Source: Planctomycetota bacterium
GTDB taxonomy: Bacteria; Planctomycetota; UBA11346
Length of the DNA: 64,000 bases
Assembly (NCBI GenBank): GCA_016745075.1
Contig: JADGDD010000002.1
Span: 130,034 to 194,033, forward strand
Direction: 5' to 3'
Shown: positions 19,525 to 30,718 of the stretch, one piece after another
Numbering within the stretch: position 1 is the first letter of the stretch
Layout: each line of letters opens with the position of its first letter
Made by a program: the position numbers and the translations under genes
The notes under the pieces: generated by a model
What the model saw: the letters and a program-made list of their open reading frames with translations, nothing else
What the model was told of the DNA's origin: nothing
Databases searched by the model: none

Positions 19525-20261
19525 GATCGTTTTGGCGTTTTTAGTCCAAGTATTTCAAGAACCAGCTGCAAGTCTGTCCAGCAATCTTTTTTTGCCGCAG
19601 GGTTACGCAATAAATAACTGGGATGATAGGTTGGGATAACTGGAATATTACCGAAAAGAAACTGTCGTCCACGTGCGCGGGTAATGCCAATATTATAATT
19701 GTTTTTTAATGCGCGGAGCGGGGTGTTACCAAGGGCACAAATTATGTTTGGTTGAACCGCCTGTATTTGCGCTTCCAGCCACGGCATGCTCAAGGCAGCT
19801 TCTTCTTCTGTTGGAGTGCGATTGCGAGGGGGGCGCCATTTAACAATATTGGCAATGAAAACATCTTCTCGTTTCAGGCCCATCGCGTTAATCATTTTAT
19901 CGAGCAGTTGTCCAGCAGCACCAACAAAAGGGCGGCCTTGTGCATCTTCATCTTTACCAGGCCCTTCGCCGATAAACATGAGTTGTGCGTTAGGATTACC
20001 TTCGCCAGGAACGCAATTGCGTGTGCCAGTAAAAAGAGGCGTACTTTTTAGGAGTAATTCGTTGATAGCCGCAAGTTGCGCTGCCGCAGGCAGAGTTGTG
20101 TCTATTTCAATCGGTTTAGGTGCGGCTGGTGTTTCAGGGACTTCTTCTTTTTTTGTGGCTGTTTGTTCCACCGGTGGTGGACGCATTGCAAATTGCACGC
20201 CCAAATGCTGGTCCATTTCGGCCAGCATCAGGGCGGTGCGGTACAGTGCGTTCATATCCAT
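19521..20261 (-). CDS. udg: Uracil-DNA glycosylase, family 4
   Basis: GEGPGKDED, GRPFVGAAG, NIVKWRPPRNR, TYHPSYLLR. Confidence 0.9.
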   Translation of the reverse strand: MDMNALYRTALMLAEMDQHLGVQFAMRPPPVEQTATKKEEVPETPAAPKPIEIDTTLPAAAQLAAINELLLKSTPLFTGTRNCVPGEGNPNAQLMFIGEGPGKDEDAQGRPFVGAAGQLLDKMINAMGLKREDVFIANIVKWRPPRNRTPTEEEAALSMPWLEAQIQAVQPNIICALGNTPLRALKNNYNIGITRARGRQFLFGNIPVIPTYHPSYLLRNPAAKKDCWTDLQLVLEILGLKTPKRS

Positions 20262-20288
20262 TATAGTCCTGTATTACTACTCGGATTC

Positions 20289-21443
20289 TTAGTAACCAGA
20301 GAGAGACGGGTCAATTTCTTCGCCCCATGCAAGGATACCACCTTCAAGATTGAAGATATTGGTGAAGCCATGTTTATGTAAAGTTGCAGCTGCTTTCTGA
20401 CTACGTTGACCAGACTTACATTGGCAAATGATGGTTTTGCCTTTCCATTCGTTTAATTCATCTAAACGATTTGGAACCTGTCCAAGAGGAATGTGCACAT
20501 GGCCATCAATTTGACAGATGTTTAATTCAAAGTCTTCACGAACATCTAGCAATAAATGTTCTGTGCCAGCATCACGCAAATCAGCGTATTCACTCACACT
20601 CATGCGTTCAAAGGCTGGTGCTTCTTCTGCTTCACCTTCGCCACGTTTGAGGCCACAGAATTGTTCATAATCGATCAACTCGGTAATCGTTGGATTGGCG
20701 CTACAGACAGGACACTCAGGATCTTTGCGTAGTTTCAGTTCACGAATATCCATAGTGAGTGCATCATAACGCATAAAGCGACCAACCAGCGGTTCGCCAA
20801 CACCAGTTAAACATTTAATTGCTTCAGTTGCTTGAATCATCGCAATGGTACCTGGCAGTACACCAAGTACGCCACCCTCTGCACATGATGGAACCATGCC
20901 CGGTTCTGGTGGTTCTGGGTATAAGCAGCGGTAGCATGGGCCATTTTTCGCATCAAAAACAGTTGCCTGTCCTTCAAAACGATAGATAGAGCCATAGATG
21001 TTAATTTTACCAAGCATAACGCAGGCATCATTCACCAAGTAACGTGTTGGAAAATTGTCGGTGCCATCAATAACAAGGTCATACTTGCTAATGATCTCAA
21101 GAGCATTGTGAGAGGCGATGCCTTCCTCATAAAGCTCAACGGTGACATCAGGGTTGATGTCATTAATAGCACGTTTTGCGCTTTTAGCTTTGCTAACACC
21201 AATGTCTTGCATGCGATGAATGACCTGGCGTTGGAGATTTGACATGTCCACTACATCAAAGTCCATAATACCTAAGCGGCCAATGCCAGCAGCTGATAAA
21301 TAGAGCGCCAACGGTGAGCCAAGGCCACCAGCGCCAATCAGCAGGATAGAGCTGCCGAGTAACTTCTCTTGTGCAGCTTCGCCAAATTCAGGCAGGGTTA
21401 AGTGTCGAGCGTATCGTTGGTACTGTTCTGTTGTTAGGGCCAT
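20289..21443 (-). CDS. moeB: Molybdopterin-synthase adenylyltransferase/sulfurtransferase MoeB/MoeZ with C-terminal rhodanese domain
   Basis: RYARHL, GAGGLGSP, SNLQRQ, CYRC, CPVC; rhodanese CKSGQRS and LEGGILAW. Confidence 0.92.
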   Translation of the reverse strand: MALTTEQYQRYARHLTLPEFGEAAQEKLLGSSILLIGAGGLGSPLALYLSAAGIGRLGIMDFDVVDMSNLQRQVIHRMQDIGVSKAKSAKRAINDINPDVTVELYEEGIASHNALEIISKYDLVIDGTDNFPTRYLVNDACVMLGKINIYGSIYRFEGQATVFDAKNGPCYRCLYPEPPEPGMVPSCAEGGVLGVLPGTIAMIQATEAIKCLTGVGEPLVGRFMRYDALTMDIRELKLRKDPECPVCSANPTITELIDYEQFCGLKRGEGEAEEAPAFERMSVSEYADLRDAGTEHLLLDVREDFELNICQIDGHVHIPLGQVPNRLDELNEWKGKTIICQCKSGQRSQKAAATLHKHGFTNIFNLEGGILAWGEEIDPSLSGY

Positions 21444-21668
21444 CAGGGCTCTCCTCTCCTATGATCAATCAAGGGCGAACAGTCTGTACTACGTATTCGC
21501 AGAGGCAACCGTTTGATCTGAGGCTCTTCTCTGCAATACTTAGAGAGATCACTCGACTCCTTGGGTTGAAGGTGAGGGAGCGTTCTGAGGACGAGTGTCA
21601 TGAGGGAATTATTCTAACTGTTGTGATATGAGCTCTTTGGAGGGCTGGTATTTAAAAGGGAAAGAGCA

Positions 21669-22592
21669 ATGAAATCTTTATCGTTAGACTCTATGAAGCG
21701 AGCAGAGTTATTTATGCACACCCAAGCTCGTCCCTTGGATCTTGCCGTCTATAATTATCTATTTAAAGGTTCTCCACAAGAACATGCTCTTATGGAGCTT
21801 GGTAAGTTTCAAAATGATGATGGAGGATTCGGGCAAGGAATTGAGATAGATTTTAGGCTGCCATTATCGTCCCCGATGTCTACATCGATAGGACTGCAAT
21901 ATCTGATTCGTTTGAATGTGTCTGTTGATCATGATATGTTTGCTCGCGCAATCGACTATCTCGTAAACGAATACGATGCAGTGCATGAAGGGTGGTGGGC
22001 AAACCCAGAAAGCTTACTTGCTTATCCTCATGCTCCGTGGTGGGGATATAATGCTCAGCACAAAGAAGAGTACTTTCAGAAGTATTGGCTAAATCCGTGT
22101 ATTGAGTTGATTGGTTATCTCAGTCTCAAGACTGATGCTGTTTCAGGGCAGTTGTTTCAGCGCATGGTAGAAAAGGCCATGAAAATGTTTGATGAATCTA
22201 ACGAGCCTTTGGATGGTCATGCTTTTTTATGTTGTGTCCGAGCGATTGCAGTATTGCCGCAACCCTATAAAGATACTGTGTATCAGAAGGTTTGTGGACG
22301 CGCCGTTCATGCCGTTCAAACAGATAGTAAAGAATGGGATCATTACTGTATTACGCCACATCAGTGTATTGAAAACAAAAAAAGTTTATTGTATCCCATC
22401 TTTGAATCTTGTTTTGATGCCAATCTTGATTGGCTTATTGATTCTCAGCAAGAAGATGGGTCATGGCATCCACGATGGTCGTGGGGACAGTACGAATCAG
22501 ATTGGAATCTAGCAAAAAAAGAATGGCAAGGGAAACTGACGTTGCTTAATATGATAGTTTTAAAGAACTTTCATAGAATTGCTGATGACTAA
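21669..22592 (+). CDS. Hypothetical protein with prenyltransferase/squalene-cyclase-like QW repeats
   Basis: FQNDDGGFG and SQQEDGSW repeats, HAPWW. Confidence 0.6.
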   Translation: MKSLSLDSMKRAELFMHTQARPLDLAVYNYLFKGSPQEHALMELGKFQNDDGGFGQGIEIDFRLPLSSPMSTSIGLQYLIRLNVSVDHDMFARAIDYLVNEYDAVHEGWWANPESLLAYPHAPWWGYNAQHKEEYFQKYWLNPCIELIGYLSLKTDAVSGQLFQRMVEKAMKMFDESNEPLDGHAFLCCVRAIAVLPQPYKDTVYQKVCGRAVHAVQTDSKEWDHYCITPHQCIENKKSLLYPIFESCFDANLDWLIDSQQEDGSWHPRWSWGQYESDWNLAKKEWQGKLTLLNMIVLKNFHRIADD

Positions 22593-22617
22593 AGGTGTGG
22601 GCATTGTGAAGTAAAGC

Positions 22618-22644
22618 TTGGCAGAAAATGGTTGCTCTTAGGAT
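22618..22644 (+). promoter_or_regulatory. Candidate promoter TTGGCA-N15-TAGGAT, 6 nt before the pcm ATG (probably leaderless)
   Basis: Read directly; no Shine-Dalgarno sequence between the -10 element and the ATG. Confidence 0.5.
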
Positions 22645-22650
22645 GTATGC

Positions 22651-23313
22651 ATGGTTTTTATTGATACTCCCCCAGACCAGCGTCGTCGTGCGCGACTTGT
22701 TCGTGATGCTTTGGTTGACTGTCCAGATAAACGGGTGCGGGAAGCGATTGCAACTTTGCCGCGCCATTTCTTTTTGCCAGAGGGAGCGGCTGCAGATGCT
22801 TACAGAGATGCACCGATAGCCATAGGCGCAGAGCAAACGATTTCTCAGCCAAGTCTTGTTGCTCAGATGTTAGCGTATTTACAGATAGAGGAGGGTCAGC
22901 AGGTTTTAGATGTTGGTGCCGGATCTGGTTATGTAAGTGCATTGCTCGCACAATTGGTTGGCCCAACAGGTCAGGTGCGTGCACTTGAACGACAAGGTGT
23001 TTTGGTGGCTCGAGCTCAACAAGTGCTCGCCTTTCTTGGTTTAGACCAGCAGGTGCAAGTAGAACATGCTGATGGAACAGAGACGCATGAACAGCGTTAT
23101 GATGTAATCCATGTCGGGTGCGCATTAGCAGGAGAGCCAACGATGTTACTGGATGCTTTGCAGCCACAGGGGCGATTGATTATTCCTCTCTCTGAATCGA
23201 GTACAGACACCGTGGCAGATCTTTACCTGTTTGAGAAACAAGGAGATGGAACAGTGACGAGATCAAAAATAGATGATGTTTGTTTTGTTCCAATGCTCTC
23301 TGGTTTGGAGTAA
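22651..23313 (+). CDS. pcm: Protein-L-isoaspartate O-methyltransferase
   Basis: PRHFF, QTISQP, VLDVGAGSGY, GRLIIP, FVPM. Confidence 0.9.
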   Translation: MVFIDTPPDQRRRARLVRDALVDCPDKRVREAIATLPRHFFLPEGAAADAYRDAPIAIGAEQTISQPSLVAQMLAYLQIEEGQQVLDVGAGSGYVSALLAQLVGPTGQVRALERQGVLVARAQQVLAFLGLDQQVQVEHADGTETHEQRYDVIHVGCALAGEPTMLLDALQPQGRLIIPLSESSTDTVADLYLFEKQGDGTVTRSKIDDVCFVPMLSGLE

Positions 23314-23369
23314 ATAACTGGTCTGTAGTTTACACACAGATACTGTTATCGTCAGCGTGTTAAAATAAA

Positions 23370-24041
23370 CTACTGATTCAATATATCCCAGCCAATCCAC
23401 ATAATTGCTAAATCTACGCAGGCATGACTTATACATGTGGTCAACAAGCTATGGTTATGTTCGCGTAGCCAACTCCACCAGATGCCACCAAGAACGGTTC
23501 CGCCAACAAAGAGCCAAGCATAGCCAGCAGGGAAATAGAGCAGCATTGGGAAAATATGATGTAGTCCAAAGCAAGTGCCGCTCAGAAGTATAGCAGGCCA
23601 CCTGCGTAAGCCGAGCGTGCGTAGTCGATCTGTTATAAAGCCTCGCCAGTACCATTCTTCCTGTAGGCTGTTCACAGCGCTGAGGAAAATAGCCATGCTC
23701 CAGAAGGTGAGCATGCTGGTAAGCCCCATTTCATGCAGTTTTTTGCGAAGTGCTATACTTGGTAGCTGTTCCTTGAGCCCTCCATAATAGGCGAGCAGAA
23801 TCGTCCCGCCAATAACAAGCCCACTTACCAATCCCAGCCAGTGGAAGCTCCATTGCGCGCCATAATGTTTCAAGCATGGTTTGATGATATTTGGCTGCGC
23901 ACGCCGACTGAACCAAAAAATAAATACAGGAAGCAGGGCGAGCGCAATCTTGCCAAGTCCATACGAGGCAGGGTAGCCCCATTGTAAGTAAAAGGTCAGG
24001 TAAGTTGCCAGCGCAGGCAGAAAGAGATATAAATAATCCAT
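23370..24041 (-). CDS. CPBP (Abi/CAAX) family intramembrane metalloprotease
   Basis: EEWYWRG, FGLHH and SHACVD motifs; multiple TM helices. Confidence 0.85.
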   Translation of the reverse strand: MDYLYLFLPALATYLTFYLQWGYPASYGLGKIALALLPVFIFWFSRRAQPNIIKPCLKHYGAQWSFHWLGLVSGLVIGGTILLAYYGGLKEQLPSIALRKKLHEMGLTSMLTFWSMAIFLSAVNSLQEEWYWRGFITDRLRTLGLRRWPAILLSGTCFGLHHIFPMLLYFPAGYAWLFVGGTVLGGIWWSWLREHNHSLLTTCISHACVDLAIMWIGWDILNQ

Positions 24042-24051
24042 ATATTAACAA

Positions 24052-24078
24052 ACGATAACTTAATAATAAGAAAGTCAA
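24052..24078 (-). promoter_or_regulatory. Candidate promoter TTGACT-N15-TATCGT for the CPBP gene
   Basis: Read directly, 10 nt upstream of ATG 24041. Confidence 0.5.
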
Positions 24079-24153
24079 GCTCATGCTTGTGTGCATGAGA
24101 TGTTGATTTAAATTGGCGTTCTGTTTACTTGATTTTATGAAAAAGGCGGTTTT

Positions 24154-26883
24154 ATGAAGGTGTGCGGCTTCTTTGTGGCAGTGTTCATGTTGGTTTCGGG
24201 AAACGTGTTTGCTGTAGAGCATTTTTCATTGCGAGACTCTTTGGTTCAATTTGATAAATTATCTTCCGAGTTGCAAGCCGATGTGGTAGGAGATGAAGTC
24301 CTTGATCAAGCTTTGCTTGCAACAGCACAGCTCATCATAACAACAGATTTACCCGGCATCTCATCGTGTGATGCTTGGTATGATTTAGGTCAGCGTTTAT
24401 TGGAGAGGCGAACAGTTTCGGATATTTGGGAAGAATCGTACCCTCGTTTGTGGATTGATGCACTTGCTGGCCGTATGAATTATGTTTTAGAAGAAATAAA
24501 CCGTATGGCTCCATCAGAAGAGGATGCCCATGCGCGTGCTTTACGATGTCTTGCGACGCATGACTGGCGTCAGTTACATAATGTACAGGAGCGTACGGCT
24601 TGGGAAGCATATGCATACTGCAAAACACGGGGTGATGTTGGGTTAATCACGGACATGAAGCAAGCAAGGTTGCATGACCTTCCACGACATGTGGTTGCAT
24701 CATATGTCTGTCGTGCGCCAGTTTATGTCGGCTTTCGTTTTGGTGTCCGCAGCCATTCGCAGCCAGTTCGATGGAATGCGCAAATAACATTAGCGGAATA
24801 TGCGGGGATGGCTTTAGGTTTATTGGTTGCGTATCAGCAAGATGATGAATCAGGCCAAATGCCATTATTGCATGAGATTATTGTGAATGCAAAGGATCTC
24901 GATCTCTTGCCAGCAAGTACATATTTGAAACTTGGACAACAAGTTCAACGTACGTTTTATAAAACGGTGCAACGGGAGTGGTATACAAACATGATATCAT
25001 ATTTAGAGTCGGATTATCATATTCCCACAGTTCAATGGTTACGTTATGTGAAGAGTAAGGTGGCGGCGGTAGATGATTCACTTTTGTGCCCGAGTTTGCC
25101 AACAATTACACAGTGTGTCGATAGTATAGTTATTGGCAATTTTATCCAACGAGTTGAGGTGTCGACTGTTCCATCGAGAGGTCAGCAAAGGTATGGACAT
25201 ACACGCATTTCAGAAGAAAATAAAGCGAGGGTGGAGGCGCAGGCTGAGGCGGGTTTATATGAGGCAATGTATGCGTGGCTTCAGGGTGTTCGAAAGAAGG
25301 GGCGTGGAGTAGAGTTTGTGGAAGGAGCTTTGCATAAACATATAGAAGAAGAGAGCAATGAATATTCAATTGTTTCTTTATTGTCATCAATCAGGACATT
25401 TCAACGAGATCGAAATCATAAAAGTGCGCGCGAGTTATTGATCCGGTTGTTTGACGAATGGAAAAAGCGTTATGTAAGTAATGGAAAACCGTTATCAACA
25501 CGTGGAATTAAGGAATGTCTTTTTGTTGCGAAATTTAGTGGGGTTGATGCGTCTCTATTGGGAAAACTGTATGCTTACGGTCGTGACCTTGATGCTGAAA
25601 ATCCAGTATTCCAACAAGATAAGATACAAAAGTGGGATTATAATGCATCGGCGAAGCAAGCGCGTGTGTATATGGATTCAGGAGATATTGATCAAGCGTG
25701 GGACTTAATGCGACCATTTGACACTTTAACGGATCATGACTTAGCGGGGTATTTGTTGCTCGGGAAAATCGCGGAAGAGCGAGGGGCTTTTAAACGTGCG
25801 TATACAAGATACGAGAAGGCTTATAGACAGGAGCGCAAAGAGAAAGAAGGGTACTCAACTGGACAGAGAAGAGCGTTCGTGGCTACAGAAGCGTTAGTGA
25901 ACCTTGCGAAAAAAGAAGGTGATTTTGAAAAGGCGGTTTCATATTGTATAAGGGAGAGTGACTATCGGTTTTATGAGTCGTATTATATAATTCCTTTGCA
26001 TTTTGACCTGTTGATCTCTATGGGGAAGATAGAAGAGGCTTTATTGTTGCTCGAGAAGAAGAATGCAGAGCATCATGCTTACCTTACGAGAAGAGGTTAT
26101 AAGACGATTACGGATTCATCAATATATGCTGGGGTGGCTCCGTACGCATTGATCATGCAAACCCCATCCAGAATTGACGAGGCTATTCGTCTTTATGGAA
26201 ATGATGCGAGCCGTCTCGAAAAGGGCGGCTATATGGAGTTATTTATTTCGGAATTATTAGATCAGAAAAAAGAGGGTGTTTTATTGGACGCTTATAATGA
26301 GAAGGGAAGGGTGAAGAAGTCTAAAGAACGGTCTTTTATGGTGGGAATTTTGGCTCTATCACAGGGGCGACTTGCCGACGCGCATCATTTGTTATTGCGA
26401 CGAATGAATGGCTATAAAAAAGATAAAGAACGACAGGCGTATATGTGGCTGCATGCGTTTGCCTTAAGTAGAGAGGGGGATGCTCTTTCTGCAGCTGATG
26501 GACAGTGGATCAAAGCTCTTGGTGCAGGGAGTGAGTGTTTGTCGATAGCATATGGCTTTGTGAACGGAGAGATTGATGAAAAGGATGCAGTAAAGGAGGC
26601 TTGTTTATATGGAGATTCGAATGTGGTCTTTACCGTGTGCGCATTGCGGGCAATTAGGGATGGTCATATGGAGCGTGCTCAAGAGTTATTGCGATTAGTG
26701 GAGGAGTCTGACGCAGGAAAAATGCAGAAGTCGATGGCGAGGCGGATCGGCGAATGGCTTGGGTCTGCAACGGAACAAGATATAGCACAGGCATTTATCC
26801 GTACAGGAAAGCCTAAGGTAAAGCCGAAGAAAAAAGCAAAGGAAGAACCCGTCCCTGAAGGTCAATTAATTGATTCATTCTGA
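24154..26883 (+). CDS. Large secreted/periplasmic helical (TPR-like) hypothetical protein
   Basis: 909-aa ORF, signal-peptide-like N-terminus (..GNVFA-VE), TPR-like segments such as YLLLGKIAEERGAFKRAYTRYEKA. Confidence 0.6.
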   Translation: MKVCGFFVAVFMLVSGNVFAVEHFSLRDSLVQFDKLSSELQADVVGDEVLDQALLATAQLIITTDLPGISSCDAWYDLGQRLLERRTVSDIWEESYPRLWIDALAGRMNYVLEEINRMAPSEEDAHARALRCLATHDWRQLHNVQERTAWEAYAYCKTRGDVGLITDMKQARLHDLPRHVVASYVCRAPVYVGFRFGVRSHSQPVRWNAQITLAEYAGMALGLLVAYQQDDESGQMPLLHEIIVNAKDLDLLPASTYLKLGQQVQRTFYKTVQREWYTNMISYLESDYHIPTVQWLRYVKSKVAAVDDSLLCPSLPTITQCVDSIVIGNFIQRVEVSTVPSRGQQRYGHTRISEENKARVEAQAEAGLYEAMYAWLQGVRKKGRGVEFVEGALHKHIEEESNEYSIVSLLSSIRTFQRDRNHKSARELLIRLFDEWKKRYVSNGKPLSTRGIKECLFVAKFSGVDASLLGKLYAYGRDLDAENPVFQQDKIQKWDYNASAKQARVYMDSGDIDQAWDLMRPFDTLTDHDLAGYLLLGKIAEERGAFKRAYTRYEKAYRQERKEKEGYSTGQRRAFVATEALVNLAKKEGDFEKAVSYCIRESDYRFYESYYIIPLHFDLLISMGKIEEALLLLEKKNAEHHAYLTRRGYKTITDSSIYAGVAPYALIMQTPSRIDEAIRLYGNDASRLEKGGYMELFISELLDQKKEGVLLDAYNEKGRVKKSKERSFMVGILALSQGRLADAHHLLLRRMNGYKKDKERQAYMWLHAFALSREGDALSAADGQWIKALGAGSECLSIAYGFVNGEIDEKDAVKEACLYGDSNVVFTVCALRAIRDGHMERAQELLRLVEESDAGKMQKSMARRIGEWLGSATEQDIAQAFIRTGKPKVKPKKKAKEEPVPEGQLIDSF

Positions 26884-26888
26884 TTTTA

Positions 26889-27770
26889 TCATACCCGTAT
26901 CTGTAATTTTCGATTGAGGCGCAGTGCCATTGTTTTTTCGTAATAGGCAGCTTCGTTGATAAAGACGGGGTACCAGCCTGGTTCGCCATCATAGAGGATG
27001 ACGTCACCGTTGTAAGTTATGAACAGCGGTGAGCCGGGTTTCAGTTCTTGGTAGTTAGCGTTTTGTAAGTCTTTATGAATCATTGCCGTTATATTGCCGT
27101 CGTCATCGCTAGGGTATTCAATCAGTTTGCCGCGCTGAAATACGTCCAAATTACCATGGAAGGTCTTTTCTGGAGAGCGGTTGACCATGTCAATGTAATC
27201 AAGGGCATGCCGCACAACCTCATCCATCTGTTCAAAAATATCGTGGCGTAAAACCCCTGGCGCTATAGGGCCTATTTCAACCAACATACTGCATGGAGCG
27301 ATGCTTTGTAGGCCGATGGTATCTTCATATTTCTTGTCTGAAATATAAATAGAGACATCAGTTATCTGTTTCTGAATGTAACCAGCGATGCCGAGGTTAA
27401 ACGGATTATCATAAACAATTAAAGTCACACCCATGTCGGCGGTCGTGGTGTGCAAATCAAGCAGTACATCTGTTTTGGGCTTATTTAACTTTGGCCCAAG
27501 TAGATTATTTAACTCATGTGCTCGCTGCGCTTCCCGAGTAGCTGCTGGTTCTCTATTAAGTTCAGCAATAGCAAAACCACGGTTCAGATCTTCGTCTACA
27601 TAACGGACGCACTGTTGTACGGCGACAGGGTTGCCTATGACCAGTTGCGTTGATAGTGTTTCACGTTCCACTATCTGTGGGTTTGCTCGCAAGCGTTCAA
27701 TTAACCGAACCCCTGTTACTTCATTGCCGTGTGTTCCACCTACGATTGCTATCTGTGTTTTCATCGTCAT
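26889..27770 (-). CDS. Aspartoacylase (M14 family)
   Basis: GGTHGNE, DLNR, DLHTT, EIGP, FINEAAYYEK. Confidence 0.85.
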   Translation of the reverse strand: MTMKTQIAIVGGTHGNEVTGVRLIERLRANPQIVERETLSTQLVIGNPVAVQQCVRYVDEDLNRGFAIAELNREPAATREAQRAHELNNLLGPKLNKPKTDVLLDLHTTTADMGVTLIVYDNPFNLGIAGYIQKQITDVSIYISDKKYEDTIGLQSIAPCSMLVEIGPIAPGVLRHDIFEQMDEVVRHALDYIDMVNRSPEKTFHGNLDVFQRGKLIEYPSDDDGNITAMIHKDLQNANYQELKPGSPLFITYNGDVILYDGEPGWYPVFINEAAYYEKTMALRLNRKLQIRV

Positions 27771-27870
27771 ATGATAGAAACGTATGCTTTGAGGTTCAAA
27801 TAATAAGCGCTACAGGTTTCATAAGTTAGGCTAATATATCAAGTGCAGGAATAAGAGCATAATTCAGGGC

Positions 27871-27904
27871 AAAAAATCACCCTCGGCCAAGAGGCCGAGG
27901 GTGA
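27871..27904 (-). terminator. Intrinsic terminator of ilvC
   Basis: TCACCCTCGGCC-4nt-GGCCGAGGGTGA stem followed by T6 on the minus strand. Confidence 0.85.
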
Positions 27905-27933
27905 GAGACGTTATTTAATAATGAAGGGCAGGT

Positions 27934-28989
<1,056 letters not shown>

Positions 28990-29032
28990 TCATACGGTAG
29001 AGATCGTATGGTCGGGCGAAATCAGAGCGGGC

Positions 29033-29059
29033 ACCCTAGTGCCTGTTTTTAATTTGCAA
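29033..29059 (-). promoter_or_regulatory. Candidate ilvC promoter TTGCAA-N15-TAGGGT
   Basis: Read directly, about 80 nt upstream of the ATG and its AGGAGG RBS. Confidence 0.45.
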
Positions 29060-29107
29060 CGGGGGGTTTGTGCTAGCCGTTGGCAGAGAAGCCTTTACAG
29101 TGGGCTT

Positions 29108-30718
29108 ATGGGCACAAGTGTATGGCGGAAAAGTACAGACAGTGATGGTGAACACGATCAAAGTCTTTTCATTATAGAACGGCTGAGTGAGGTTGGCATA
29201 GCTCTTTCTAATGAGGAAGACCCACATCATTTGCTTGAACTTATCCTGTTGGCGGCCAAAGATTTAACCGGTTGTGACGGTGGTTCTGTCTACAAAATAA
29301 GTGAAGATAGTCGCTCTTTAGAGTTTGAAATCATTCGTACAGATTCACTTGGTATAGCGATGGGTGGTACCACAGGCACTCCTATTACGTTCCCACCGAT
29401 GCCGCTGACTTTGGAAGATGGCTCACCAAATTTAGCGAGCGTGGTTGCCAGTGCCGTTTTAAAAGATTGCACCATTAACATTGTTGATGCCTATGATGAT
29501 GAAGAATACGACTTCTCTGGAACTCGTGCCTTTGATGAGCAAACAGGCTACCGTTCCAAGTCCTTCCTGACCGTGCCGATGAAAAACCACGAAGGTAAGA
29601 TCATCGGTGTCTTGCAGCTCATTAACGCACATAATACTCAAAAAGAGATTGTTGTATTTGGCCCAGCTCAGCAGCGTCTTGCAGAAAGTTTGGCATCTCA
29701 AGGTGCAATGGCTCTCACTCGGAATCAATTAATAGAGGACATGGGTAGCCTTTTTGAAAGTTTTATTAAACTTATAGCAACCGCGATTGATGATAAATCC
29801 CCTTACACTGGAGATCATTGTCGCCGAGTACCAGAATTGACGATGCTTATTGCCAAGGCCGTTTCTTCTCACGAGGAAGGTCCACTTGCGAATTTTGAAA
29901 TGAGTGATGAAGATAATTACGAACTCAACATTGCCGCGTGGCTCCATGATTGTGGAAAAATAACAACCCCAGAATGGGTGATGGATAAAGCGACCAAATT
30001 ACACTCTATTTTTGACCGCATTGAATTAATTGCCACCCGCATGGAAGTACTGCGTCGTGATGCAGAGATAGAACGCTTGCGTGGAGAGTTGGCTGGTGGA
30101 GACCCACACGCGTTGCAAAAATTATATGAGCAACAAATTGCTCGCATAGATGAGCAACTCGCATTTTTACGAAATATTAATAAAGGTGGAGAGTTCATGA
30201 GCGACGAGCTCATAGAACAACTTAATACTATTGCTGGACAAACGTGGACCAACACCGCAGATGGGGAACAACCTTTATTAACAACAGATGAAGTGAAAAA
30301 CTTAAGTATTCGTCGTGGGACTTTAACCGATGAAGAACGCAACACGATTAATCATCATATTGTTGCCACTATAAAAATGTTAGAATCTTTACCATACCCA
30401 GATCATTTAAAGCGAGTTCCAGAATATGCTGGCGGTCATCATGAACGTATGGATGGAAAAGGTTACCCCAAAGGGCTTACCGCAGATTGTATGAGTGTTC
30501 AGGCGCGCATGATGGCTGTAGCGGATATATTTGAGGCACTCACGGCATCAGATCGTCCCTACAAAGACGCTATGCCGCTCTCAAAATCACTCGCTATTCT
30601 CAAAAATATGAGTGAAACGGGACATATTGATCCGGACATTTACCAAGTCTTCATAGATCAAAAAGTGTATGCCCTCTATGCAGAGCGTCATCTCAAGCCG
30701 GAACAAATAGATATCTAA
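29108..30718 (+). CDS. GAF + HD-GYP domain cyclic-dinucleotide phosphodiesterase
   Basis: GAF (TGYRSKSFLTVPM...GVLQLIN), LHDCGK, HHERMDGKGYP, ADIFEALT..RPYK. Start moved to ATG 29108. Confidence 0.9.
   Translation: MGTSVWRKSTDSDGEHDQSLFIIERLSEVGIALSNEEDPHHLLELILLAAKDLTGCDGGSVYKISEDSRSLEFEIIRTDSLGIAMGGTTGTPITFPPMPLTLEDGSPNLASVVASAVLKDCTINIVDAYDDEEYDFSGTRAFDEQTGYRSKSFLTVPMKNHEGKIIGVLQLINAHNTQKEIVVFGPAQQRLAESLASQGAMALTRNQLIEDMGSLFESFIKLIATAIDDKSPYTGDHCRRVPELTMLIAKAVSSHEEGPLANFEMSDEDNYELNIAAWLHDCGKITTPEWVMDKATKLHSIFDRIELIATRMEVLRRDAEIERLRGELAGGDPHALQKLYEQQIARIDEQLAFLRNINKGGEFMSDELIEQLNTIAGQTWTNTADGEQPLLTTDEVKNLSIRRGTLTDEERNTINHHIVATIKMLESLPYPDHLKRVPEYAGGHHERMDGKGYPKGLTADCMSVQARMMAVADIFEALTASDRPYKDAMPLSKSLAILKNMSETGHIDPDIYQVFIDQKVYALYAERHLKPEQIDI

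Noticed and set aside
21444..21668. Moco, TPP or SAM riboswitch upstream of moeB (CACTCG/CGAGTG stem)
   Set aside because: No consensus aptamer motifs were recognised; a single short stem is not enough.
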